DNA from: Thermoproteus sp.
Lineage (GTDB): Archaea > Thermoproteota > Thermoprotei > Thermoproteales > Thermoproteaceae
Reading direction: 5' to 3'
DNA length: 64,000 nt
Assembly (NCBI GenBank): GCA_049976425.1
Contig: JBMFIG010000003.1
Location: 1 to 64,000 of the forward strand
Below the pieces are notes generated by a model, which saw only the letters and a program-made list of their open reading frames with translations, made no database searches and was not told where the DNA came from. Of this stretch, positions 1-8,575 are shown piece by piece. Each line of letters opens with the position of its first letter. Position 1 is the stretch's first letter. The position numbers and the translations under genes are program-made.

Positions 1-26
1 GGGTTCGAATCCCGGCCGCCGCACCA
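1..26 (+). tRNA. 3' end of a tRNA, probably tRNA-Gly, truncated by the window edge
   Basis: GGGTTCGAATCCCGG T-arm followed by acceptor strand CCGCCGC-A-CCA. The anticodon lies outside the window, so identity is inferred from the acceptor stem. Confidence 0.8.
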
Positions 27-164
27 CCGGCCTATTCTCACTGCATGTGTAGATCCGCCAGCATGCGCACGTCCGCCGCCCCGTATATAGATCTCTATAT
101 GCGGAATGCCCCAAATAGCGGCCTTATCGGCAAGATCCCGGTCCATAGTATTCGTCGCCCAAAA

Positions 165-254
165 TGGGCCCGCCGGGATTTGAACCCGGGATCTCCCGCG
201 CGTCAGGCGGGCTTTAGGGAACGGCTTTCAATCCTACCGCTAGACTACGGGCCC
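165..254 (-). tRNA. tRNA-Val(GAC) with an 18-nt non-canonical intron at position 25/26 (213-230)
   Basis: Reverse complement GGGCCCGTAGTCTAGCGGTAGGAT[TGAAAGCCGTTCCCTAAA]GCCCGCCT-GAC-GCGCGGGAGATCCCGGGTTCAAATCCCGGCGGGCCCA. BHB central helix TAGG/CCTA. Confidence 0.93.
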
Positions 255-419
255 TTCCGGTTACATTCCGTTTATTTTTAAAGCTTTTCCCACGACGTAG
301 CGGGCGGAGGGCGTTCTCCAGATCTGCTGGAGGCGCTTCTGCATTCCGGACCGCCGAGGAGGCCCGCTAGGGTATGCGGTCGGCGGGATCTGTTATATAT
401 CTGTGGACGTTGCCGCACG

Positions 420-1637
420 ATGCTGGCTATATTTGGGGGCAAGCCCGTCCGCGAGAGGCCTATAGCGGCTAGGCCTCTCGTCTACAGCCCCGAGATCATT
501 AAGGATATCGAGGAGGTGTTGAGGTCCGGGGCTCTCGTGTCGACGCACGGCAAGTGGGTTAAGGCGTTCGAGGAGGGGCTGGCTAAGTTCGTGGGGGTTA
601 AATACGCCTATGCGACGACCAGCGGGACCACGGCGCTCCACCTGGCGCTTAAGGCTCTGGGCGTCGGGCCTGGGGACGAAGTGATAACCACGCCCTTCAC
701 CTTCGCCGCGTCGGCCACGGCCGTCCTCCACGCCAACGCCGTCCCCGTATTCGCCGATATAGACCGCGAGACCTTGAACTTGGACCCGGCGTCTGTCGAG
801 TCGAAGATCACGGACAAGACCAAGGCCGTGGTGGTGGTTCACCTCGCGGGCTACCCCGCCGAGATGGACGCCTTCATGAAGCTGGCCGATAGATACGGCA
901 TATACATAGTCGAGGACGTGGCGCAGGCTCTGGGCGCCGAGTACAGAGGCCGGAGGGCCGGCTCCATGGGCCACATATCGGCTTTCAGCTTCTACGCGAC
1001 CAAGCACATAACTGGGGGCGAGGGCGGCGCGGTGGCGACCGACGTGGCGGCCTACGCCGAGAGGGCCCGCCTCATTAGGGCGCACGGCGAGACCGAGAAG
1101 TACTGGTACGAGGTCTTGGGCTACAACTACAGGATGACGGAGCTGCAGGGGCTGTTGCTGTACCACGAGCTGAGGAGGTTCGACGAGTTCCAGAGGGCTA
1201 GGGAGGAGTACGTCAAGGCGCTTCTCGACGGGCTGTCTGGCCTCGAGGGGGAGGGCCTCCTCACGGTGCCCAGGCCCAAGCCCTACGTGAAACACAGCTG
1301 GCACCTCGTCCAGGTGCTCCTGTCGGTTGAGCGCCTCAGCAAGCCGCGCGACTTCGTGGTGGACGCGCTCAGGAGCGAGGGCATAGGCAACGTGTCGGTG
1401 GCGTACCCCGTGCCGCTGTATAGGACTCCCCTCTTCCAGAGGATGGAGGGGCACGGGAGGGGCTGTCCCTGGAGCTGTCCCTTCTACGGCCGCAAGGTGA
1501 CGTACGAGAGGTTGCCCAACGCCGAGTGGGCCGCCGAGAGGGTCGTCTCTCTTCTGGTCTTGCCCAACCTCACCGCCGAGGACGCGGCGGATACGGCCAA
1601 GGCCTTCGAGAAGGTCCTGCGGGAGCTAAGGCGCTGA
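420..1637 (+). CDS. DegT/DnrJ/EryC1/StrS family PLP-dependent aminotransferase
   Basis: SGTTALHLAL, VEDVAQA, SFYATKHITGGEGG (PLP lysine) and GYNYRM motifs. Confidence 0.92.
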   Translation: MLAIFGGKPVRERPIAARPLVYSPEIIKDIEEVLRSGALVSTHGKWVKAFEEGLAKFVGVKYAYATTSGTTALHLALKALGVGPGDEVITTPFTFAASATAVLHANAVPVFADIDRETLNLDPASVESKITDKTKAVVVVHLAGYPAEMDAFMKLADRYGIYIVEDVAQALGAEYRGRRAGSMGHISAFSFYATKHITGGEGGAVATDVAAYAERARLIRAHGETEKYWYEVLGYNYRMTELQGLLLYHELRRFDEFQRAREEYVKALLDGLSGLEGEGLLTVPRPKPYVKHSWHLVQVLLSVERLSKPRDFVVDALRSEGIGNVSVAYPVPLYRTPLFQRMEGHGRGCPWSCPFYGRKVTYERLPNAEWAAERVVSLLVLPNLTAEDAADTAKAFEKVLRELRR

Positions 1638-2204
1638 GGCCTTCACGTACAGGACGCCGGGCTCCACGCCCATCTCGGCGATTTTGTACCCCAGGGCCTC
1701 GAAGAAGCAGCGGACGGCCGCCGCGTTCACCTCGATGGTCTCTCTGCTGTAGCCGACCCCCACGACGCTGAAGACAACGGCGCCGTCCTCCTGCCTCGCC
1801 TCGAACCTCTTCGCGGGCAACATCCTGCCGAGGTGTCCCATCAGCTGCGCTATCTCTCTGGCCTCGGCCGCCGAGGTCGCCTTGAGGTAGGCCGCCAAGG
1901 TCCTGCCGGCCTCGCACCACAGCTCCTTGAGGAAGTCGCCGTGCTCTCCGTAGAGCCTCGTGATGAGCTTGTCGAGGAGAGGCGCGGGGACCGGCACCGC
2001 CTCTATGTCGAGGCATATCCTCCAGAACTTGGCGAGGCCCCTCATCTGTTGCACGTTGTATCCCTGCTCCATCAAGTCGAGCCCCAACGATATGAGGTCG
2101 TTGGCCAACGCGTATTGGGTCATGCCGGAGGCGTCGGAGACGGCGGCGAGCCTCTGGGCGACGTCTACGGAGACCGCTATGTTGACTCTGTCCCTCTTGC
2201 TCAT
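1626..2204 (-). CDS. Hypothetical protein with an N-terminal ribbon-helix-helix-like segment, possible regulator
   Basis: 192-aa ORF with native codon usage. RVNIAVSVDVAQRL...GMTQYALANDLI resembles an RHH domain. Confidence 0.6.
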   Translation of the reverse strand: MSKRDRVNIAVSVDVAQRLAAVSDASGMTQYALANDLISLGLDLMEQGYNVQQMRGLAKFWRICLDIEAVPVPAPLLDKLITRLYGEHGDFLKELWCEAGRTLAAYLKATSAAEAREIAQLMGHLGRMLPAKRFEARQEDGAVVFSVVGVGYSRETIEVNAAAVRCFFEALGYKIAEMGVEPGVLYVKASAP

Positions 2205-2237
2205 AAACTGTTGATATATATGGGGAGATAGGTGTTA

Positions 2238-3113
2238 TTACACGGAGCTGTGTAATAAAACTCCGTATAGAGACTCCGTATTTCTATAGATCTGGTCGAA
2301 ATAGCTCTCCGAGGCGAGCCCCCTCTCCACGGCCTTCCTTATCTTGTTGGCGAGGCTCCAGGGAGGTATCACGGCGCCCGGCCTCCTGTTGTCGTCTATG
2401 TAGTCGCTCTCGACGACGTATATGGGCTCCAGCCCCAGCGCCTCCTCGAACTCCCCCCGCCTCCCGACAGGCACGGACGGGACCAGGCCGAGCTCCCTGG
2501 CCAGAGGCGCGGCGCGCGGCTCCACGTGGTGCATGACCACGGTGCCGGGCCTCGCGTTGGCGCGGCGCGCTATTTCGGCGATGCTCCTCACCGTTTCCTC
2601 CCCCCGACGCTCTAGGTGCAGGTGGACCACGGCCCCCACGTCGCGGGCTCTGGCGACGACGTACTCCAACACCCTATTGCACAGCGCGACCACGTCGGGT
2701 CCGACCTCCCAATGCGGCCTCCCGTACTCGCCGAAGCCCACAGCCCTCCCCTCGGCCACGTACCTGGCGGCTAGATCCACGGTCCACCTCATGAAGGCCT
2801 CGACCTCCTCCTCGCCCCAGCCCGACTCCCTCAGCTTGACGCACTCGGCCGGATGCACCCCCACCACGGCGCCGGAGATAAGGCCCTCCCTCCTCGCCGC
2901 CTCGCTGTTCTTGACCGTGTGCTCGTAGAGCTTTTCGACCCAGCCTCTGTCGCCCGGGACCCCTCCTATGGACCACGTCAGCAATGAGACGAAGATTATG
3001 CCTGCGCCTCCGGCCCTCTTGAAGCGCCTCGCCACCTCGACCGCGCCGAGCCCCGTCAGCTCGTTGGCGTGTGCGTGGTTGTCGAAGACCCTCACGGGCG
3101 TCGAGAGGGACAA
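2238..3113 (-). CDS. TatD-family metal-dependent hydrolase
   Basis: DNHAH, GVHP, GEYGRPH, HLH, MHH and ESDY motifs. Confidence 0.85.
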   Translation of the reverse strand: MSLSTPVRVFDNHAHANELTGLGAVEVARRFKRAGGAGIIFVSLLTWSIGGVPGDRGWVEKLYEHTVKNSEAARREGLISGAVVGVHPAECVKLRESGWGEEEVEAFMRWTVDLAARYVAEGRAVGFGEYGRPHWEVGPDVVALCNRVLEYVVARARDVGAVVHLHLERRGEETVRSIAEIARRANARPGTVVMHHVEPRAAPLARELGLVPSVPVGRRGEFEEALGLEPIYVVESDYIDDNRRPGAVIPPWSLANKIRKAVERGLASESYFDQIYRNTESLYGVLLHSSV

Positions 3114-3141
3114 GCTTAAATATCAACGCGTCGTTGGGCAT

Positions 3142-3312
3142 ATGGCGAGGAGGCGGAGGAGCGGGGACCTCAACCTATTCACCGCCGCCGGTCTGCTGAA
3201 CTTCTCCCGCGAGGGCGAGATAGAGAGGATAAAGCTGAGCCCCAAAACCGTCGTGATAGCCTCCATAGTGATTATGGGCATAGTCATAGCCCTAAACCTC
3301 CTGAGGATTTAA
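3142..3312 (+). CDS. secG: Preprotein translocase subunit Sec61beta (archaeal SecG)
   Basis: 56 aa from ATG 3142: basic N-terminus, AAGLLNF..E...IKLSP motif and a single C-terminal TM helix. Confidence 0.85.
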   Translation: MARRRRSGDLNLFTAAGLLNFSREGEIERIKLSPKTVVIASIVIMGIVIALNLLRI

Positions 3313-3761
3313 TGCGGTTGCCCCCGAGGATAAAGGTCTTGGAGGCCCTCTCGGCAATCGCCGACGGGCGGATAAAGCTGTTGGGCGACAAGGAGGCCGA
3401 GGTGGTCTCGTCGGACGGCTCCAGGACCTACAAGGTCTACGTCGATCTGGGCAGGAGGGCCGCCTACAGCGACGACAACGGGACGATCTACAGAGGATAC
3501 GTGGGGTACCCCATAATATCGTTCCTGATGGCCCGAGGCGTGTTGCCGGTCGACGAGAGGCTGGGCCAAGCGCTCAAGGGCATACCCTGGCGCAAGCTCA
3601 ACGAGCAGTACAAGAAGTACGACGCCGTGATGGAGCTCGTGAAGGCCCAGCTCAAGGAGAGAGGGATCCCCGGGGAGGAGGTCGACCGCTACATAGACCT
3701 AGTCATGGCCCATCTGAGGAAGCTGGGCCTCCGGCTTGAGAAACCCGCCGAGCGGCACTAG
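3312..3761 (+). CDS. Conserved hypothetical protein
   Basis: Coupled to secG by TAATG. KVLEAL.AIAD.R, VVSSDG.RTY.V and GY.GYP.I..LM blocks, native codon usage. Confidence 0.75.
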   Translation: MRLPPRIKVLEALSAIADGRIKLLGDKEAEVVSSDGSRTYKVYVDLGRRAAYSDDNGTIYRGYVGYPIISFLMARGVLPVDERLGQALKGIPWRKLNEQYKKYDAVMELVKAQLKERGIPGEEVDRYIDLVMAHLRKLGLRLEKPAERH

Positions 3762-4507
3762 CGGGAGGCCGGCGATACGCCTGGAGGAGTCTGCGGCTGG
3801 CCTGGAGGCGCCCACTCCGAGGCCTCCTTGTAGGCGAGCATTTCTATTATGTCCTCTACAAACGCCAATATGCCGCCCACTATATTTATATAGGGTATAA
3901 ACGACAGCACTAATGATATAATAAATAAAATAAACGCGGTATGGAATTTACTTATTTGAGTATATTTATACATATTATCCAAAAATAGTATATGGGTAAT
4001 ATCTATAAATAGTCCGAACGCGGCTAAGACAACCAGAGGCACCAATATCGCTATGATTACGCTCCATATAGACGCCTCTGGATAGGGGGCGGAGCCGCCG
4101 ATCCAATGCGGCAGACCGGACAACACCCAGGATATGCCGCCCAGGAGCGCCAACCCCAGTATAGTAAGTATCACGGGCCCCCAAGCTTGCCACCAAGCCC
4201 ACCTGATCCCCAGCCTGTGGAGCGCCATATATCCTCTAAATATAAAAAGAAAGAAAATAATTAAATATACTATACCAAATATTATAATTATAATAAATAT
4301 TGATGAAATAAGGGTTAATATAAACTCAAATCCCTGTGGCGTAGACGAGCCTGGCGGCACTACGTATGGGCTCCGATAGAGCGCCGAAGAATACGAAAAG
4401 ATTACGGTGAAGAGCTCCACGAGTACGGCCGCAACGGCGGCGATAGACAAGATCAATGTGTATAAATAACCTTTATACAGAGATTTATTGGCCTCTTGGA
4501 AGTCCAT
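3758..4507 (-). CDS. Multi-pass membrane protein, AT-rich, possibly DUF973-like
   Basis: About 5-6 hydrophobic segments and a Pro-rich C-tail. GC is visibly lower than in the flanks. Confidence 0.7.
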   Translation of the reverse strand: MDFQEANKSLYKGYLYTLILSIAAVAAVLVELFTVIFSYSSALYRSPYVVPPGSSTPQGFEFILTLISSIFIIIIIFGIVYLIIFFLFIFRGYMALHRLGIRWAWWQAWGPVILTILGLALLGGISWVLSGLPHWIGGSAPYPEASIWSVIIAILVPLVVLAAFGLFIDITHILFLDNMYKYTQISKFHTAFILFIISLVLSFIPYINIVGGILAFVEDIIEMLAYKEASEWAPPGQPQTPPGVSPASR

Positions 4508-4641
4508 AACATACAGAAAATATATGACTTAATAAATCTTTGTAGATATATCGAATATCTCGGGCGTTATCGAGGTTACGCCCACGGCGTCGCGCCGTTC
4601 GCGCAGATAAAGCTTTTAAGTCGCTGTGGTGTGGTTTTTCG

Positions 4642-4729
4642 GCGGGGGTGCCCGAGCCAGGTCAAAGGGGCAGGGTTTAGGTCCCTGTGGCGTAGGCCTG
4701 CGTGGGTTCAAATCCCACCCCCCGCACCA
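4642..4729 (+). tRNA. tRNA-Leu(TAG), intronless, CCA encoded
   Basis: GCGGGGG acceptor, CAGGG-TT-TAG-GT-CCCTG anticodon arm, long variable arm, GTGGGTTCAAATCCCAC T-arm, upstream TTTTAA box. Confidence 0.96.
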
Positions 4730-5052
4730 TTCTACTCCTCTAGGCACGCCGAAAATCGGCGACGCAGTCGACATACGGCGCCCTCTCCTCAAAGCAACAA
4801 CGTCGCTTCAAGCAATTGCCAATAACTGCATAAAAGGTAGAACGACGGCAGTATATAGCTGAGCTTTCGGTGTCCAGATCGGCCGTATTTCGCCGGGCTT
4901 CCCTTTCTGATCTACGCCTGAACCCATCCTTGTTCGACTATCGAAGTCTGTCCAAATCTTCGAACCAGTGCTATCAGCAACGGTAACCGCATACGATCAG
5001 CGAAGGGCGTGGATCGAGATAAGGCTTATATCCATCTGCGTATCTCTAGATA

Positions 5053-5125
5053 GCCGGGCGGGCTCGCCTCAGTTCCCTATCTTCAAGGATCCGTGAGCCG
5101 GGTCTCCGATCATCGCCCGCCCGGC
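5053..5125 (-). ncRNA. Candidate C/D box sRNA with an 11-bp terminal stem
   Basis: GCCGGGCGGGC/GCCCGCCCGGC inverted repeat encloses, on the minus strand, GATGA-12 nt-CTCA..TGAAGA-12 nt-GCGA. Confidence 0.55.
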
Positions 5126-5489
5126 GGCTTCTCCTAGGCGGATCCTTTAGAGGATCGCCCAGGGGAAGATCCTCGGGGCGGATCTTTACCAGACCTGCCT
5201 CAGACGGCGCTTACAATCGGCGATGTACTGCCCTACGGTGCTAGCCAGGCTCGACGGCAAGCCCCTCCCCTGGAGCATAGCCATGTCCGAGACGTCCTAC
5301 TATCGAGAAGATGTTGGATATCGAACCCCCTAGTAAATGGGGCCTAAGCCGTGGGGGATCAGCCGCATCTCTACTCTCCTCACAGTATTTGCAGATCCTC
5401 TCCTCGGATATAGAGAGTATCCAGCGGTAGATGAAACGCGTGGATGGCGCTCGCGATCTATCGCTATATATCGGGGTCTCGCACATGCC

Positions 5490-6155
5490 GTGATGTTGGT
5501 GTTGGCGGAGTCGTCGCTTGAGCTGGTCCCGCCCGAGATATGGCGGCATCCGGCCGTATTGCGAGATGCGGAGAGGCGGGGCAAAAAGCCCGGCGAGATT
5601 CTTTTGGATAGGGCCAGACACCACGGCGCCATGCTGGGGCTCAAGGACGCCGAGAGGCGGGGTAGGCCCGACATAGTGCATATGTGCATGTTGGCGTTCC
5701 AGTACTCCCCGCTTAATCTGGCCGGCAGAGGCTCCATGGCGGTGCACACGATAAAGGACGTGGTGGTGAGGGCTAGGCCCGACGTCAGGCCCCCCAAGAA
5801 CTACAACAACTTCGTGGGGCTGATGGAGCAGTTGCTGTCGTCGGGCAGAGTCCCCGCGGAGGGCGAGCCTCTGATGACGGCCGAGGCCAAGGATCTGAGG
5901 TCGCTTCTGGAAGAGGCGGGCGGCAGGTGGGTGGTCCTCCACGAGCGCGGCAGGCGGGCCGATCCCCTAGAGCTGGGCCGGCTTCTGGCGGACTCCGTCG
6001 TCGTGGTCGGCGGGTTCCCCCACGGCGATTTCAAAAACGCCTGGCTCCTGGAGGAGGCCGAAGGGGTCTACAGGATAGGCGACCGGCCTCTGGACGCTTG
6101 GCAGGTCGTGTCCAAGGCGGTTACGCTGGCGGAGATCGCCCTAGGCCTTATTTAG
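5490..6155 (+). CDS. nep1: 16S rRNA pseudouridine N1-methyltransferase Nep1/Emg1
   Basis: LAESSLELVP, LLD...H, RGRPDIVH, SPLN, VRPPKNY..F.GLMEQL and VGGFPHG motifs. Start trimmed to GTG5490/ATG5493. Confidence 0.92.
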   Translation: MMLVLAESSLELVPPEIWRHPAVLRDAERRGKKPGEILLDRARHHGAMLGLKDAERRGRPDIVHMCMLAFQYSPLNLAGRGSMAVHTIKDVVVRARPDVRPPKNYNNFVGLMEQLLSSGRVPAEGEPLMTAEAKDLRSLLEEAGGRWVVLHERGRRADPLELGRLLADSVVVVGGFPHGDFKNAWLLEEAEGVYRIGDRPLDAWQVVSKAVTLAEIALGLI

Positions 6156-6518
6156 GCCTCTCAGAGCTCTGAGCCAGGTGGCTATGGACTCGCCGCCGGC
6201 CACGAGCTTGTTCTTTATGAGGTAGTACTGGCTCACCACTCTGTTCTCCACCAGCCACGCCGCGAACATGTTCACCAAGACCCTCTCGCCGCCTCTCTTC
6301 AACATGCCCATGGCGTAGTCGACCACGTAGTCCTTGGCCACCGGGTTGCCCTTAGCCGCGGCCTCTCTGGCTCTGGCCAGCAAAAGCTTGGGCCCCATGT
6401 CCTCGAGCCATTTCTTGAAGCCGGGGAGATCCTTCTGGAACTGTTTAGCTATGGGGGTCTCGACGAATTTGTCCCAGTATCTGACCAGCTCGTCCATAAC
6501 CATTCTATCCTCCGCCAT
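6141..6518 (-). CDS. Hypothetical protein
   Basis: 125-aa ORF with strong native codon usage and an upstream TATA (TTTAAA near 6541). Confidence 0.7.
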   Translation of the reverse strand: MAEDRMVMDELVRYWDKFVETPIAKQFQKDLPGFKKWLEDMGPKLLLARAREAAAKGNPVAKDYVVDYAMGMLKRGGERVLVNMFAAWLVENRVVSQYYLIKNKLVAGGESIATWLRALRGLNKA

Positions 6519-6555
6519 GAGTGGGCGCGATTTATTCTCATTTAAACATTATCTT

Positions 6556-7161
6556 GTGGTCGGCAAGAAGGAGCTGGCGAGCCTTCTGGACTCCCTGCCG
6601 GGCTTCAAGAGGCCGAAGCTCCGCCTGGAGCAGTACATCACGCCGGGGGAGCTGGCGGCCACTATCGCCTGGACTATGTACATGCGCGGCGAGCTCGCCG
6701 AGGGGTGGATCGCCGATCTCGGATGCGGCACGGGGAGGCTCGCCTACGCCGTGGCCGCGCTGGGTGGCAGATCCGTCTGCATAGACATAGACGCAGACGC
6801 GTTGCAGATCGCGAGGGGGCTGGGGCTGGACGTCGCGTTGTGCGACGCCGAGATGCCGTGCGTGAGGAGGCCGGTTAAGGTAGTCATGAATCCTCCCTTC
6901 GGCGTCTGGATGCCCCACGGCGACGTGAGGTTTTTAAGAGGCGCCGCGTCGGTCGCCGAGATTATATACAGCATACATAAGGCCGCCGCCGTCGAGTACG
7001 TATTCCGCGCCGCCAGGTCTCTAGGCCTCGAGCCGCAACTTCTCGAGATAGCGGCGATGGGGATACCGCCTATGTACAGGCACCACAGGAAGAGGAGGCA
7101 CAGAGTGGAGGTGGCTGTGCTCAGGCTAGAATCGACTTCTCGAGGGCCTCGAGATCGTTGA
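6556..7161 (+). CDS. METTL5-family SAM-dependent methyltransferase (putative rRNA m6A methylase)
   Basis: LEQY.TP, DLGCGTG, NPPFG, YSIHK and Y.HHRK motifs. Start trimmed to GTG6556. Confidence 0.85.
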   Translation: MVGKKELASLLDSLPGFKRPKLRLEQYITPGELAATIAWTMYMRGELAEGWIADLGCGTGRLAYAVAALGGRSVCIDIDADALQIARGLGLDVALCDAEMPCVRRPVKVVMNPPFGVWMPHGDVRFLRGAASVAEIIYSIHKAAAVEYVFRAARSLGLEPQLLEIAAMGIPPMYRHHRKRRHRVEVAVLRLESTSRGPRDR

Positions 7162-7390
7162 CTATGGCCTGGACGGCGCGTCTGAGCGCGTCGAGCGGGC
7201 TCCCGCTCCTCGTTTTAATCCTAAACGTCACGTCCTCGAGCAACGGGTGCCCCACGTCGAACGTGACGTACTCCACGTCGGGATCCTCCGAGAGGTACTC
7301 GACCAGAGGCGAGAAGAGGGTGTAGGTCTCGCCCTTCGTCTTGAGCTCTAGGTAGTGTTCGTCGACCTTGACTATCTCTATGGACATCAC
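7121..7390 (-). CDS. rpoL: RNA polymerase subunit L (Rpo11)
   Basis: GETYTLFSPL, HPL motif, 89 aa, synteny with csl4. Confidence 0.9.
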   Translation of the reverse strand: MMSIEIVKVDEHYLELKTKGETYTLFSPLVEYLSEDPDVEYVTFDVGHPLLEDVTFRIKTRSGSPLDALRRAVQAIVNDLEALEKSILA

Positions 7391-7413
7391 GCCAGACCCC
7401 GCAGATCCGGTTT

Positions 7414-8010
7414 TTAGCTTTTTCCTATCAAGGCCCTGGCCCTTCTCTTGGCAGTCTGGAGATCCAGCGCCAGGCCGAACACGGAGCCCCGGCTCAGAAT
7501 CCCGGCGGCCGCGAGCCTCTCCAAGGCCTCCTCGGGCCTCGACTTGACGGCGGCTATATACACCGCCGCTATGCGCTTGGCGTGGGGGCTCACGGGGAGG
7601 CCCTCCAGCGATTTATAGGCGGCGGAGAGCTCCGACACGGCCTGCCTGACCTGCTCCATCGAGGCGTCTGTCTGTAGCTCGAGCCCCCTCAGCCTGGCCT
7701 TGAACCCCTTCACGGCGAGATAGTCGACCAGCACGTCGGGAGGCACCGGCGAGACTATTTCGGACTCCTTGTAGATAACCTCCAGCGGGTAGGACTTCAC
7801 GGGCTTGAGCCTAGCCCTCACGAGGCCGACGGCTGTCTTTATGGAGGCCAAGGCCCTCTTGATCTCGTCCGGCGAGCCGTTGAGCTGTATGTAGACGTTG
7901 GTGCCCCTCACTATCGCGTAGTACTCCACCCCCATGTACTTGGGGAGGATCTCCAAAAACTGTTGGAGTTCCTCGCTGTTCGAGAACTTGACAGATACGG
8001 ATCTATACAT
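7414..8010 (-). CDS. DUF2067-like conserved protein
   Basis: Lies between csl4 and rpoL as in the crenarchaeal exosome cluster, 198 aa. Confidence 0.65.
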   Translation of the reverse strand: MYRSVSVKFSNSEELQQFLEILPKYMGVEYYAIVRGTNVYIQLNGSPDEIKRALASIKTAVGLVRARLKPVKSYPLEVIYKESEIVSPVPPDVLVDYLAVKGFKARLRGLELQTDASMEQVRQAVSELSAAYKSLEGLPVSPHAKRIAAVYIAAVKSRPEEALERLAAAGILSRGSVFGLALDLQTAKRRARALIGKS

Positions 8011-8539
8011 AAAATCCCTGGGCTATTTTGCGGACGTCGGCGGCGCCGCAGACGGGGCAGACCAGCTTGTTGCCGCGCCTCCTCATCACGTTGCCGCATT
8101 TAGGGCATATGGCTCTGACCACCCCGAAGGTCGGCCCCTTTACCGATAGCAGAAACGGCGGCCCTAGGTTGGAGACCACGCGGGCCCTTATGTAGTCGCC
8201 CACCCCTATCCTCCCGTCGACCAACTGCGGCGGTATGAAGGCTGTGACCGGGTACTTGAGCTCCTCGGGGCCGTCCCCGCCCTCCTTGGCCACGCATCTG
8301 GCGCTTAAGGCTCTGACGCCCTTCGAGGTCACCACGCAGTACAGTATGTCGCCTTGCCTCGGATACCCGTCGACTTTTACCGGCTTCACGACCGCAGTAT
8401 GGCTCTTCCTATCGTAGACGGCCACCCCCAGAGCGGCTGCGCGGAACACGCCGTCGAGGTAGGCGCGTCCGTCTACCGCGAACTCCTCCGGAGTAGCCAC
8501 CTCCTCCCCCGGCAACACTAGCCTCCGCTCCACTGGCAC
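8003..8539 (-). CDS. csl4: Exosome RNA-binding subunit Csl4
   Basis: VLPGE..ATPEE, S1 domain (GDYIRARV), C-terminal CPKCG...CPVCG...RKIA Zn ribbon. Confidence 0.92.
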   Translation of the reverse strand: MPVERRLVLPGEEVATPEEFAVDGRAYLDGVFRAAALGVAVYDRKSHTAVVKPVKVDGYPRQGDILYCVVTSKGVRALSARCVAKEGGDGPEELKYPVTAFIPPQLVDGRIGVGDYIRARVVSNLGPPFLLSVKGPTFGVVRAICPKCGNVMRRRGNKLVCPVCGAADVRKIAQGFYV

Positions 8540-8575
8540 GTAAAGCCTATAACACTTCGTTAAAATTGTTATCGA

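Noticed and set aside
393-1454. Long antisense ORF (353 aa) and similar shadow ORFs, e.g. 33654-34904, 47574-48809, 54771-55880, 27521-28561
   Set aside because: They overlap well-supported genes, have skewed His/Arg/Pro or Ser/Thr composition and show no motifs. Such ORFs are expected in high-GC DNA.
4626-4862. ORFs crossing tRNA-Leu (also 45-281 over tRNA-Val and 35913-36104 over tRNA-Ala)
   Set aside because: Spurious translations of tRNA genes
5358-5405. Minus-strand TGAGGA...CTGA resembling half of a C/D sRNA
   Set aside because: No convincing C box or D' box and no terminal stem
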